Below are positions 35,717 through 45,122 of a stretch of DNA of 56,088 nt, piece by piece. The notes beneath the pieces are model-generated. The model did not search any database and was not told where the DNA came from. It saw only the letters and a program-made list of their open reading frames with translations. The stretch is from NCBI GenBank assembly GCA_043821445.1, contig JBDRCT010000012.1, forward strand, positions 1 to 56,088, written 5' to 3'. The first letter of the stretch is position 1, and the number at the start of each line of letters is the position of its first letter. The stretch is from Candidatus Omnitrophota bacterium (GTDB lineage: Bacteria > Omnitrophota > Omnitrophia > Omnitrophales > Aquincolibacteriaceae). The translations under genes and the position numbers were made by a program.

Positions 35717-36319
35717 ATGAATGATAATTTGTATTTCAAACAAATCCCTGTGGGTCATATGGGAAATTTCGTCTATTTGATCGGCGACAAAAACAAAAAA
35801 GAATGCGCGATGGTGGATCCGGCCTGGGACGTGGACGTGGCGCTCAAGCAAGCTGAGAAAGACGGCATGAAAGTTGTAGCGGGGATCCTTACGCACACAC
35901 ACTTTGATCATTCGAATGGCGTTGAAGCGTTGATCCAAAAGACCGGGGTGAAGATCTACGTTCACGAGAACGAGGCGAAATACCTGAAAGAGATCAAGAA
36001 GCATCTTGTGGAGACAAAGGAAGGTTTCCAGCTTCGTGTCGGGGATCTGGAGATGACCTTTCTCCACACGCCGGGTCATACCGAAGGAGCACAGTGCATT
36101 CTGGCCGGAAATAAGATCGTGACGGGCGACACGCTTTTCGTGGGGGCCTGCGGCCGCTGCGACCTTCCAGGCGGCGATGAGAAAAAGATCGCGCAGAGCC
36201 TTAAACGTCTCGCCTTGCTGGACGGAACGCTGCAGGTTTTTCCCGGCCATGCTTACGGAGACGCGGATTCTTCCACGATCGAGCACGAGCGGCACACGAA
36301 TCCTTTCATGAAATTCTGA
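35717..36319 (+). CDS. Metallo-beta-lactamase-fold hydrolase (glyoxalase II-like)
   Basis: THTHFDH, HTPGHT, TGDTLF and PGH. Confidence 0.9.
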   Translation: MNDNLYFKQIPVGHMGNFVYLIGDKNKKECAMVDPAWDVDVALKQAEKDGMKVVAGILTHTHFDHSNGVEALIQKTGVKIYVHENEAKYLKEIKKHLVETKEGFQLRVGDLEMTFLHTPGHTEGAQCILAGNKIVTGDTLFVGACGRCDLPGGDEKKIAQSLKRLALLDGTLQVFPGHAYGDADSSTIEHERHTNPFMKF

Positions 36320-36405
36320 ACGAGAGGCAAGAAGCAAAGAAACAAGATGCAAAGATCTTTCTTGCTTCTCTGTCTCTTTGATTCTTGTTTCAAGGCGGAA
36401 ATACT

Positions 36406-36897
36406 GTGACTGACTTCGATAATGACAAATCAGATGAAGCAAGCCGGTTCTTGCGGGAAGCCTACGAAATGCAAATGTCTGGGAAGATCGATCTGGCCAT
36501 TGATCTTTATCTCAAGTCCCTCGCGTCCCAGCCTACGGCCGAGGCGCACACCTGCCTGGGATGGGCGTACAGCGTCAAGGGACGGTACGGGGACGCGATC
36601 CGCGAGTGCGAGAAAGCTGTCCGCTTGGATCCGGCATATGGAAATCCTTACAATGATATCGGGGCGTACATGATCGAAACGGGACGACTGGAAGAAGCGA
36701 TCCCGTGGCTTGAAAAGGCGACAACGGCTGAACGCTATGACGGAAGATTTTACGCCTGGTATAACTTAGGACGCGTCTGGGAACGCCAGGGAGACTGGGC
36801 CAGGGCGCTTGAGGCTTACCGCCATGCTCTCGAACAAAACCCCGAGTATTCCCTGGCGGGAAAAGCCATTTCAAGAATGCAGGCGATGCTGAATTGA
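36406..36897 (+). CDS. Tetratricopeptide repeat protein
   Basis: About four TPR-like units (AEAHTCLGWAY, GNPYNDIGAY, AWYNLGRVW); GTG start inferred. Confidence 0.85.
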   Translation: MTDFDNDKSDEASRFLREAYEMQMSGKIDLAIDLYLKSLASQPTAEAHTCLGWAYSVKGRYGDAIRECEKAVRLDPAYGNPYNDIGAYMIETGRLEEAIPWLEKATTAERYDGRFYAWYNLGRVWERQGDWARALEAYRHALEQNPEYSLAGKAISRMQAMLN

Positions 36898-36975
36898 ACG
36901 CGCAATGCTCAACGGGCAACGCACAACGTAAAAATGCAAAGCCAATTCGTTGAGCATTGCGCGTAGTGCGTTGCG

Positions 36976-37557
36976 CTAGCTTTGCAGATTTTTTGCCACA
37001 AACTCCCAATTCACAAGATTCCAGAACGCCTCCACATATTTCGCGCGGGCATTTCGGTAATCAATATAGTAAGCATGTTCCCACACATCGCAGGTCAGAA
37101 GGGGCGTTTGGCCGTTTACGAGGGGATTACCGGCATTCGACATGGATTCGATCCCGACCGTTCCATCCTCATCTTTGACCAACCAAGCCCAACCGGACCC
37201 GAAGAGACCGGTCGCCATGTTCGTAAAAAGCGTCTTAAACTCCTCGAAACTTCCAAAGGAGGCATTGATCGCTTCGAGTAAGGCGTCGGTGGGAAGTTCT
37301 CCGCCCTGGGGTTTCAAACAGTTCCAGTAGAACGTGTGATTCCAGACCTGCGCGGCGTTATTAAAGACAGGCCCCTTGATGGTCTTGATGATCTCCTCAA
37401 GGGATTTGCCGCCTTCGGGTTTTCCTTCCGTCAGCTTATTAAGATTCGTGACATAAGCCTGATGATGTTTGCCGTAATGATATTCGAGCGTTTCTTTGCT
37501 GATATGCGGGGCAAGGGCATCCCAGGCATAGGGAAGTTCGGGGAGTGTAAATGGCAT
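36976..37557 (-). CDS. sodB: Fe/Mn superoxide dismutase (Fe type likely)
   Basis: HYGKHHQAY, FNNAAQVWNH, FGSGWAW and DVWEHAYY. Confidence 0.93.
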   Translation of the reverse strand: MPFTLPELPYAWDALAPHISKETLEYHYGKHHQAYVTNLNKLTEGKPEGGKSLEEIIKTIKGPVFNNAAQVWNHTFYWNCLKPQGGELPTDALLEAINASFGSFEEFKTLFTNMATGLFGSGWAWLVKDEDGTVGIESMSNAGNPLVNGQTPLLTCDVWEHAYYIDYRNARAKYVEAFWNLVNWEFVAKNLQS

Positions 37558-37814
37558 GATGTTTCCTCCTTTTGCTTATGATTTTCATTTAAAAACCTCA
37601 TTATAGCACGAGATTTTCACCTGCCAAGCAGGGACACTTTTCCCCAGTCACGTCTACTTGAGACGGACAGCAATCCCAATGCGAGGAGGTACGCTTGCGA
37701 GGCAAAACGTATTGGGATTGTCGAACATCCCAGTAGCGATAAACTAGAGAAAAGTAGAAATTAATTGGCATTGGGATGGTGGTCTTTGCTGTGCGGAGAG
37801 GTTATAATCCTGCC

Positions 37815-39632
37815 ATGCCTAAAACAGACCGGAAAAATTTTCTTCCTATATCCCAACAAGATCTTGTAGAGCGAGATTGGGACGCGTGCGACATTATCCT
37901 GGTGACGGGGGACGCGTACGCGGATCATCCTTCCTATGGCGCGGCGCTCATCGGACGGGTCCTTGAAGATGCGGGCTATAAGGTCGGGATCATCGCGCAG
38001 CCCGACTGGACAACTTCCGAAGATTTTCTCGCGCTTGGGCGTCCCCGGCTTTTTTTCGGAATTACGGCTGGCAATCTCGATTCTATGGTCAGCAATTACA
38101 CCGCGAGCAAAAAACCGCGGCGTAGGGACGATTATTCACCGGGCGGGCGGCCGGGCCTGCGGCCTAACCGCGCAACGATCATTTATACGAATAAAGTAAA
38201 AGAACTTTTCCCAGGAGTGCCCGTGGTGCTTGGCGGCGTTGAGGCGAGTCTCCGGCGTCTCGCACATTTTGATTATTGGACCGAGGACGTGCGCCGCTCA
38301 ATCCTTGTGGACGCGAAAGCGGACATGCTGGTTTACGGCATGGGGGAGAACCAGGTCCGTGAGATCGCGAGGCGTCTTTATAACGGAGAGGACATTAAGA
38401 AACTGAAAAATATCCGGGGCACAGTGATCCTCCGGAGCCATAGCGAAAGTTTTGAGAGCGCGGTCCCGTTACCTTCTTTCGAGGAGACGAGCACCGATAA
38501 GGATAAGTTCAATGAAGCGTTCAGGCTCGCTTATCTGGAAGGGGATCCGGTGCGCGGGAAACCCGTGATCCAGAAACACGGTACTCGCTTCGTGATCCAG
38601 GAGCCACTCCCATTGCCGCTTACGACGGCCGAGCTCGATCATTATTACGGCCTGCCCTTCACTCGTGAATGGCATCCGGTTTATGAGAAGGCAGGCGGTG
38701 TTCCGGGGTTTGAAACGGTGCGTTTTTCCATCACGGGGCATCGAGGCTGCGCCGGAGAATGCAATTTTTGCTCCCTTTTTGCGCATCAGGGACGGATGAT
38801 CCAGAGTCGCAGTCAACAGTCGATCTTAGAGGAGGTCCGGATCTTGGCCCGAAAGCCAAGGTTCAAGGGCACCATCACCGACATCGGGGGCCCGACCGCA
38901 AATCTCTATGGGGCCACATGCGAACAATGGGAACATTCGGGCGCTTGCAGGACGAAGCAGTGCATGATGCCCGTGAAATGCAAAAGCTTGAAGCTCGGGT
39001 ACGAAAAGTCCATAGACCTCTGGAAAGAAGTTCTGGCTGTCCCGAAGGTAAAGCATCTTTTTATTCAAAGCGGTCTCCGGTATGACCTGCTCGTAGAAAA
39101 AGAATCCGACGCGTACCTCGAGGCCCTTTGCAAAAGCCATGTAAGCGGTCAGCTGAAGGTCGCTCCGGAGCACGCCTCGAACACTGTACTCAAGATGATG
39201 AATAAACCGCCGATCGAAGTCTACGAACGATTCGCCGGAAGGTTCAAGGCCATGAACCGGAAGGCCGGCAAAGAACAATATCTTGTGAATTATTTCATCA
39301 GCGCGCATCCGGGGTGCACGGACGGGGATGCCAGGGCGCTTGCCGCGTATTTGTCCGCGAAGCGAATGCATCCGGAGCAGGTGCAGGATTTTATGCCGCT
39401 TCCTATGATGCTTTCGACCTGCATGTATTACACGGGAAAGCATCCGATGACCGGCGAGCGGGTCGTAACCGCAAAAACTTACAAAGAACGACAAATTCAA
39501 CGAAAATGGATCCAACCGAAACAAAAGACAACTTTCGCGCAACGCGCAACATACAACGCACGACGAAAAGGCGAAGCGTTGCGCATTGATCGTAGATCGT
39601 TGCGCGTGAAAGGTGATTATGGCTCAGTATGA
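37815..39632 (+). CDS. YgiQ/UPF0313 family radical SAM protein
   Basis: GDAYADHPS, GGVEASLRR, RGCAGECNFC, DIGGPTAN and LKVAPEH. Confidence 0.92.
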   Translation: MPKTDRKNFLPISQQDLVERDWDACDIILVTGDAYADHPSYGAALIGRVLEDAGYKVGIIAQPDWTTSEDFLALGRPRLFFGITAGNLDSMVSNYTASKKPRRRDDYSPGGRPGLRPNRATIIYTNKVKELFPGVPVVLGGVEASLRRLAHFDYWTEDVRRSILVDAKADMLVYGMGENQVREIARRLYNGEDIKKLKNIRGTVILRSHSESFESAVPLPSFEETSTDKDKFNEAFRLAYLEGDPVRGKPVIQKHGTRFVIQEPLPLPLTTAELDHYYGLPFTREWHPVYEKAGGVPGFETVRFSITGHRGCAGECNFCSLFAHQGRMIQSRSQQSILEEVRILARKPRFKGTITDIGGPTANLYGATCEQWEHSGACRTKQCMMPVKCKSLKLGYEKSIDLWKEVLAVPKVKHLFIQSGLRYDLLVEKESDAYLEALCKSHVSGQLKVAPEHASNTVLKMMNKPPIEVYERFAGRFKAMNRKAGKEQYLVNYFISAHPGCTDGDARALAAYLSAKRMHPEQVQDFMPLPMMLSTCMYYTGKHPMTGERVVTAKTYKERQIQRKWIQPKQKTTFAQRATYNARRKGEALRIDRRSLRVKGDYGSV

Positions 39633-40809
39633 TGTGATCATCATCGGAGGCGGCGCGGCGGGAATGATGGCAGCAATCACCGCCAGGCGCCGGGGGGCGT
39701 CGGTCCTTGTGTGCGAAAAGATGCCAACGCTCGGGAAAAAACTGCTCATCACGGGCGCGGGCCGCTGCAATCTTTCGAACGATGCCCTCAACGCCTCTTT
39801 TTATAATCCGGGAAGCCAAACGCTTGTCCGCTCGGTCCTGGGCCAGTTCGGCAAAGAGGCCGTGCTCGGATTTTTCAAAGAACTGGGCCTCGCGACTTAC
39901 GCAGATGAAGCGGGCCGGATCTTCCCGGTGACGAACCAGGCGGCCTCGGTGCTCAAAGTGCTTGAGATCGAGCTCGAGAGGCTCAAGGCGGCGATCGATC
40001 TCGGCTGTGAAATAAAAAGCATTCGTGTTGTAGAGAATGGATTCGAGATCTCGGCGGGAAGCGGAGAGCGGGAAACGGGCCGCCAAGTCATCTTGTGCGC
40101 CGGAGGGAGATCTTACCCAGCGCTTGGCGCGGACGGGAACGGATACGCGCTTGCCGCGATGTTCGGGCACAGGATCATTGAGCCGGTTCCGAGCACTGTG
40201 CCCTTGCTCGTGAAGGATCCGTGGTGCCACTCGCTTCAGGGACAGAAGCTCCGGGTTTCTGTGACAAGCCACGTTCGTGGGAAAGAGGTTCGCACGGCGT
40301 CCGGCGAACTTTTATTTACCCAGTACGGACTTTCCGGCACCGCGATCCTGGATGTGAGCGACGAGATCTCGGTCGCTTTGAACCGCGATCATGAGACGAA
40401 TGTTTCCGTGACCGTAGACCTTATTCCTTTCATGGACGAAAAAGAACTGATCGCGGAATTGTCCGGAAAATTGACAAAAGGCATTGCCTGCGAAAATCTC
40501 GTGGAAGGACTATTACCTCATAAACTGTCCGGCCTGCTTCGCGGAACGCTGCAAGGTTCCGACGCTGCCACGATCGCCAGGTTGCTCAAGCGAAAAGAAT
40601 TCAAAGTGATCGGTACACGAGGCTGGAATGAAGCGGAATTCACGGCGGGCGGGATTCCGGCAAAAGAAGTGGATCCTTTGACGCTGGAGTCCAAGCTCCA
40701 AAAAGGCCTTTATTTTGCCGGGGAAGTGCTCGATGTGCAAGGGCGGCGAGGCGGCTATCATCTCGCCTGGGCTTGGGCCAGCGGCGCGGTGGCCGGAAAA
40801 ACAGCCTAG
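39619..40809 (+). CDS. HI0933/YhiN-family flavoprotein
   Basis: IIGGGAAG, GKKLLITGAGRCN, GELLFT and GEVLDV.G..GGY. Confidence 0.92.
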   Translation: MAQYDVIIIGGGAAGMMAAITARRRGASVLVCEKMPTLGKKLLITGAGRCNLSNDALNASFYNPGSQTLVRSVLGQFGKEAVLGFFKELGLATYADEAGRIFPVTNQAASVLKVLEIELERLKAAIDLGCEIKSIRVVENGFEISAGSGERETGRQVILCAGGRSYPALGADGNGYALAAMFGHRIIEPVPSTVPLLVKDPWCHSLQGQKLRVSVTSHVRGKEVRTASGELLFTQYGLSGTAILDVSDEISVALNRDHETNVSVTVDLIPFMDEKELIAELSGKLTKGIACENLVEGLLPHKLSGLLRGTLQGSDAATIARLLKRKEFKVIGTRGWNEAEFTAGGIPAKEVDPLTLESKLQKGLYFAGEVLDVQGRRGGYHLAWAWASGAVAGKTA

Positions 40810-40967
40810 CACCGTTTGACATTCGATTTTAGGGGTTAACGATACAGTCCAAGTCTCTTGTTTCATCTTCAGAGGGGTCGACTTGGACAGCCCCAATTTC
40901 CGCTGTGCGGAAATTGATAAGTATTGGGACAGTGCTGCGAACCCTTAAAATTAATCGAAGCGCAGCA

Positions 40968-42173
40968 CTAGATTTTAGCGAGCCAGACAAGCACCTCGAT
41001 GTGCTTTGTACGGGGGAACATGTCGAAGGGAATGACTTCCCGGACCTTGTAGCGGCCCCTTGCGAGGATCTGCCTTAGGTCCCGCAAAAGGATCTGAAGA
41101 TCGCAGGCAAGATAAAGAATGTTCTCCCCGGCGTCTTCTTTAGCTAAAAAGTCCGCAAGGGACGACGCGATCCCTTGTCGCGGCGGATCCATGAAGATCA
41201 GCGTTCCGGGTTTGGGGCTCCGAAGGATAAAACGCGGAAAGGTTTTTTCGACTTTTCCCGAGAAGATACCCGCCAGGGGCAATTCCCATTCTTTAACATT
41301 TCTCCTGAGGCAGCCCGTGCTGTAGGGATTGTCTTCAAAACAGTGGATCTCCGGGATACCACAGGCCGCCTCCAAATCAGGCGAGCCTCGTTTCGGAGGG
41401 TGGGTCGCAAGGAGCGGAAAAGTCCCGACACCGGCGTAAAGATCCAAGAACCGGGAGGGTTTTAAGGCTTCGAGATACTCCGCCAATTTTTGTGCGATAA
41501 GTTCGGTCACTTCGATATTGTTCTGGAAGAATCCCATGGAGCTCGCCCAGAGCGACCGGCCGCCGATACTGATGCGATAAAGTTTTTCTTCATCATTCGT
41601 GAAGATCCGTCCCTTTTCGTCCAGCTTGAAACCTCTTTTTTCTTCGCGCCGGTTGAGCTTATGCTCGGCGGTAAAGATCTTTTTGAGCCGCTCGTCGGCG
41701 AGCATGCAATAATCGATCAGGACCTTGGAATAATTGTCATGCCCGATGAAACCGAGGCGTTGGGGTTTATGGTTCTTCTCCGTCGTGCGGTGGATCGTGA
41801 TGCTCGTTCGATAGCCGTATTCCTTGGGGCCATGTTGGATCGGAAGAGTGGGGATATCTTCTCCCTTGAAGACCTGTGAAAAACTTTCATGCACCTGGCA
41901 TTCTTTCCATTTCAATTCTTCGAGGTAAGGGAGATCCTGATACTGGCAGCCGCCGCAGCGTTCGATATAAGGACAAGGCGGAGGGATACGGCATGGGGAA
42001 GCCTCCAGGACGCGGAGGAGTTTTGCTTTCATGAAGTTCGGTTTGTCGCTTAAGATCCTGGCGAGGATCTTTTCGCCCGGCAAAGCTCTTTCCACGAAGC
42101 AGGCCTTTCCGTCAACGAACCCCAGGCCGTCGCCACCGAACACCAGCTTTTCGATCTTGAGTTCGATGTCCAT
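40968..42173 (-). CDS. TRAM-domain RNA (uracil-5)-methyltransferase (RlmD/TrmA family)
   Basis: CPYIERCGGCQ, LDLYAGVG, MDPPRQG and DMFPRTKHIE. Confidence 0.9.
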   Translation of the reverse strand: MDIELKIEKLVFGGDGLGFVDGKACFVERALPGEKILARILSDKPNFMKAKLLRVLEASPCRIPPPCPYIERCGGCQYQDLPYLEELKWKECQVHESFSQVFKGEDIPTLPIQHGPKEYGYRTSITIHRTTEKNHKPQRLGFIGHDNYSKVLIDYCMLADERLKKIFTAEHKLNRREEKRGFKLDEKGRIFTNDEEKLYRISIGGRSLWASSMGFFQNNIEVTELIAQKLAEYLEALKPSRFLDLYAGVGTFPLLATHPPKRGSPDLEAACGIPEIHCFEDNPYSTGCLRRNVKEWELPLAGIFSGKVEKTFPRFILRSPKPGTLIFMDPPRQGIASSLADFLAKEDAGENILYLACDLQILLRDLRQILARGRYKVREVIPFDMFPRTKHIEVLVWLAKI

Positions 42174-43090
42174 CAAGCCGACCGGAGATTGTTGGGTTTA
42201 TTTTTCCACCGGCGATGGCCCCAGAGCCATTGCTCGGGATGCGCTAGTATCTGGCGCTCAAGGACCTGGTTGAGGTCTTTCGTGACCGTATCTTCCCATC
42301 CCGGTTGGTCCATATCATGAACAAGAGGTTTTTCGATATGGATCTCATAATGCCCCGGGGCTTTCCGGAGGCAATATGCGGAAACGAGTGCGCAGCCGGT
42401 CTTCTCGGAGAGACGGGCAGGGATCGAAGTAGTCGAAGTCTTAGCGTCAAAAAAATCGACCCAAAGGCCTTCATCGCCGGCCCACTGGTCGACCAGAATG
42501 GCGACCCCATGACCGGCTTTAAGTTCCTGAAGGATGGCCTTGACCGAACTATCCTTAGCGATCGGATTAACGGTCATGACGCGACGCATCGTGTCAATCG
42601 CCTTGTCGAGATAGGGGTTTTTGATGTCCTTGACCACGACCGACCACGGCCGTTTCGTGAAATAGGGAAGGAATGAAAGATATTCCCAGGAACCCAGATG
42701 GGAAATGACCAGTACGACACCATGCTTCCTCAAAAAAGCCTCTTCCAGAAATTCATTTCCGAACAGCTCAAAACGCGTTGCCGCCTCTTTTTTGATCTTT
42801 TCAACCGTGAAAAGTTCCATCATGGAAAGCGCCGCACTTTGGAATGCGGAGCGGGCGATCTCTTTTTTTCTTCGCTCCGGCAGGGAATTGCCAAGCGCGT
42901 TCGCAATATTTTCAAGCGCGATCTTGCGGCGCTTTCTCAAGATCCAATAGGACAAGGTCCCGAATCCGCAGGCGATCTTGTGTGAAACTTCCACAGGAAG
43001 CGCTGTTGCGAGCAGAGCCAAAAAACGGACAACGAAATACTGAAGCCAATAGCTGAAAGAAGGTTTTTTGTGCACGGGGCATCCTAGCAT
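42173..43090 (-). CDS. Lipid A late acyltransferase (LpxL/HtrB family)
   Basis: HLGSWE, ILVDQ and HPEQWLWGHRRWK. Confidence 0.88.
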   Translation of the reverse strand: MLGCPVHKKPSFSYWLQYFVVRFLALLATALPVEVSHKIACGFGTLSYWILRKRRKIALENIANALGNSLPERRKKEIARSAFQSAALSMMELFTVEKIKKEAATRFELFGNEFLEEAFLRKHGVVLVISHLGSWEYLSFLPYFTKRPWSVVVKDIKNPYLDKAIDTMRRVMTVNPIAKDSSVKAILQELKAGHGVAILVDQWAGDEGLWVDFFDAKTSTTSIPARLSEKTGCALVSAYCLRKAPGHYEIHIEKPLVHDMDQPGWEDTVTKDLNQVLERQILAHPEQWLWGHRRWKNKPNNLRSA

Positions 43091-43131
43091 AAAATTTAAA
43101 AAAATAAACGACGTCCTTTTTCAGAAAATTC

Positions 43132-43375
43132 AATCACAGAATTTCTTAGGATCCTTCGGCACCGCTCGTTTTTCCCCAGCGAGGAAAAACTCACTCGCGC
43201 CTCCGGAGCCCTTTGGAGCTTGGCGCCGCTTTTCGGATCCAAAGGGCGAGAGCCGCAAGCGGCCGTTTCTCACTGGAAGAAACGGACCGCTGGTGACGAC
43301 GCCCAGTCCTGCTTGTCACCATGCTCGCTCGGCCTCCGGAGCGTGCTTCAGGATTCCAAGAAATTCTGTTTGATT
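43132..43375. repeat. MITE-like structured element bounded by terminal inverted repeats
   Basis: ACAGAATTTCTT (43136-43147) and AAGAAATTCTGT (43358-43369) within imperfect TIRs of about 24 bp; internal hairpins. Confidence 0.55.
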
Positions 43376-43419
43376 AACTCCAAAATAACCGTCTGAAGAG
43401 GGCTGCGTTACTCGGCTGT

Positions 43420-44535
43420 TTAAAAGATCTCTCGGAGGAGGTATTCGACGTCGTCCCTAGTGACGGGCTTGGGGTTCGCGGCGGTGGAGCCGGAATGGAG
43501 CGTCTCGGAAATAATTTTTTCTTTGTCGAGCAAAGGTTTCCCTTTGAAAGGGGAAACGATCTTGAGCGTTTTCTGGAGCTCATGGACTTTCTGAAGGAGG
43601 TCCATGCCGACGGCCTGGCTCATAATCGAGTATTTCTGATTGCCCATGGCTTCGAGATTGAGTTTGATGGAAGGCGCGAAACAGATCGAACAGATCAGCC
43701 CGTGCGGGACATCATAGAGTACGCCTAGGGGATGCGCGAGGCCGTGGATCACGCCAAGGCGTGAATGGGAAAAGGCGAGTCCCGAAAAAAAACTTCCGAG
43801 CATAAGCCCGCCAAGATCTTCATCGCGGCCTGCGTTAAGCGCCGGTACCAAGTGACGGCTGATCAATTGCATTGCCTTGAGCGCGAAGTTTTCGCTGAAC
43901 CAGGTCGCGCTCTTTGAGATGAACGATTCATAAGCTTGGACCCAAGCGTCCATTCCCGAATGGCACATGACGGCGAACGGCAGGCCCTTGAGAAGGTCCG
44001 GGTCGAGAAGGACCTTGCGCGCGAGAAAATCTTTATGACGGATGGAGAGCTTCACCTTTTTTTCCGGATTGATGATCACGGAATTAGGCGACGCTTCCGA
44101 ACCGCTGCCTGCGGTCGTTGGGACCGCAATGAACGGGATCCCCGGTCTCTCAAGCGAACCCCCTTCCTGGTAATAAGCCGGATTTTCTTTGGCATGAAAA
44201 AGCCCGGCTGCGGCCTTGGCGAGGTCGAGGACGCTGCCGCCGCCGATCCCGACGACCCATTCTATTTTCAACCCGCGCCCCTTTGTGATCACTGCGTTGA
44301 TCTCATCCAGGGTGGGCTCGCCTTGCAGACGGCAGAAGAACTCGGTAAAAAGCCCTGCTTTTTTAAAGTCGTCCGCGATCTTTTCTTTGAGGCAATTTTT
44401 TTCGAGGGATCTGCCGTGAACAATCATGCCGCGGATCCCAAACCCCACGGTTTCCCCGGCGAGTTCCGAAAGCCCGCCTTTTTTAAAAAGGACCCTGGGT
44501 GGCAAAAGAGTTTCCTGCGGGAAAATAGGAGGCAT
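43420..44535 (-). CDS. Iron-containing alcohol dehydrogenase
   Basis: GIGGGSVLD, PTTAGSGSE, HGLAH and VPHG. Confidence 0.9.
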   Translation of the reverse strand: MPPIFPQETLLPPRVLFKKGGLSELAGETVGFGIRGMIVHGRSLEKNCLKEKIADDFKKAGLFTEFFCRLQGEPTLDEINAVITKGRGLKIEWVVGIGGGSVLDLAKAAAGLFHAKENPAYYQEGGSLERPGIPFIAVPTTAGSGSEASPNSVIINPEKKVKLSIRHKDFLARKVLLDPDLLKGLPFAVMCHSGMDAWVQAYESFISKSATWFSENFALKAMQLISRHLVPALNAGRDEDLGGLMLGSFFSGLAFSHSRLGVIHGLAHPLGVLYDVPHGLICSICFAPSIKLNLEAMGNQKYSIMSQAVGMDLLQKVHELQKTLKIVSPFKGKPLLDKEKIISETLHSGSTAANPKPVTRDDVEYLLREIF

Positions 44536-44696
44536 CAGCGCTGTTCTCTGTTTAATTTTAAAGGGTTAACAGCACTTGTTCTCAAATTAAAATTTGAAGG
44601 ATAACAAGTGCAGTCCAAATCATCCTTCAATGAAAATAAAACAAGGATTTGGTCAGCACCATACCGCAATCCCTTGTATTTTAATGTCATGCGGTA

Positions 44697-45044
44697 TCAG
44701 TATTTGATGATCACGGCGGTGACGACAAGGTCCTCAGCGCCGGTGTTCTTAATGGAATGAGAGGCGCCCTGGCCCGTAAGAATGGCATCACCGGTTGCGA
44801 CCGGAAATTCCCTGCCGTCGTCGGTCACGAGCCCTTGGCCTTTTTGGATGAGATAGATCTCATCCTCGTCCACATGATCGTGAAGGCCGATACTTGTGCC
44901 TGGGGGGAGGATGAGTTCCGCGCAAAGCCGTGTGCGGGCCTTGATCTCTTCGGGTTTCAAATAATGACGGACCGTGACCGCGCCCGCACCGCCGCGCATA
45001 TTCGCGCGTCTTTCGATAGCTTGGTCGTTCTTTTTTTTGATCAT
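44697..45044 (-). CDS. Cupin domain protein
   Basis: SIGLHDH..EDEIY and GASHSIKN. Confidence 0.85.
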   Translation of the reverse strand: MIKKKNDQAIERRANMRGGAGAVTVRHYLKPEEIKARTRLCAELILPPGTSIGLHDHVDEDEIYLIQKGQGLVTDDGREFPVATGDAILTGQGASHSIKNTGAEDLVVTAVIIKY

Positions 45045-45122
45045 TTTAAAATCGCGTTCCTTGGGGAATGGGCCATGGAAAAAAATTCTCGCCTACGGTT
45101 ATCCGCAGAATACTTTCCAAAG

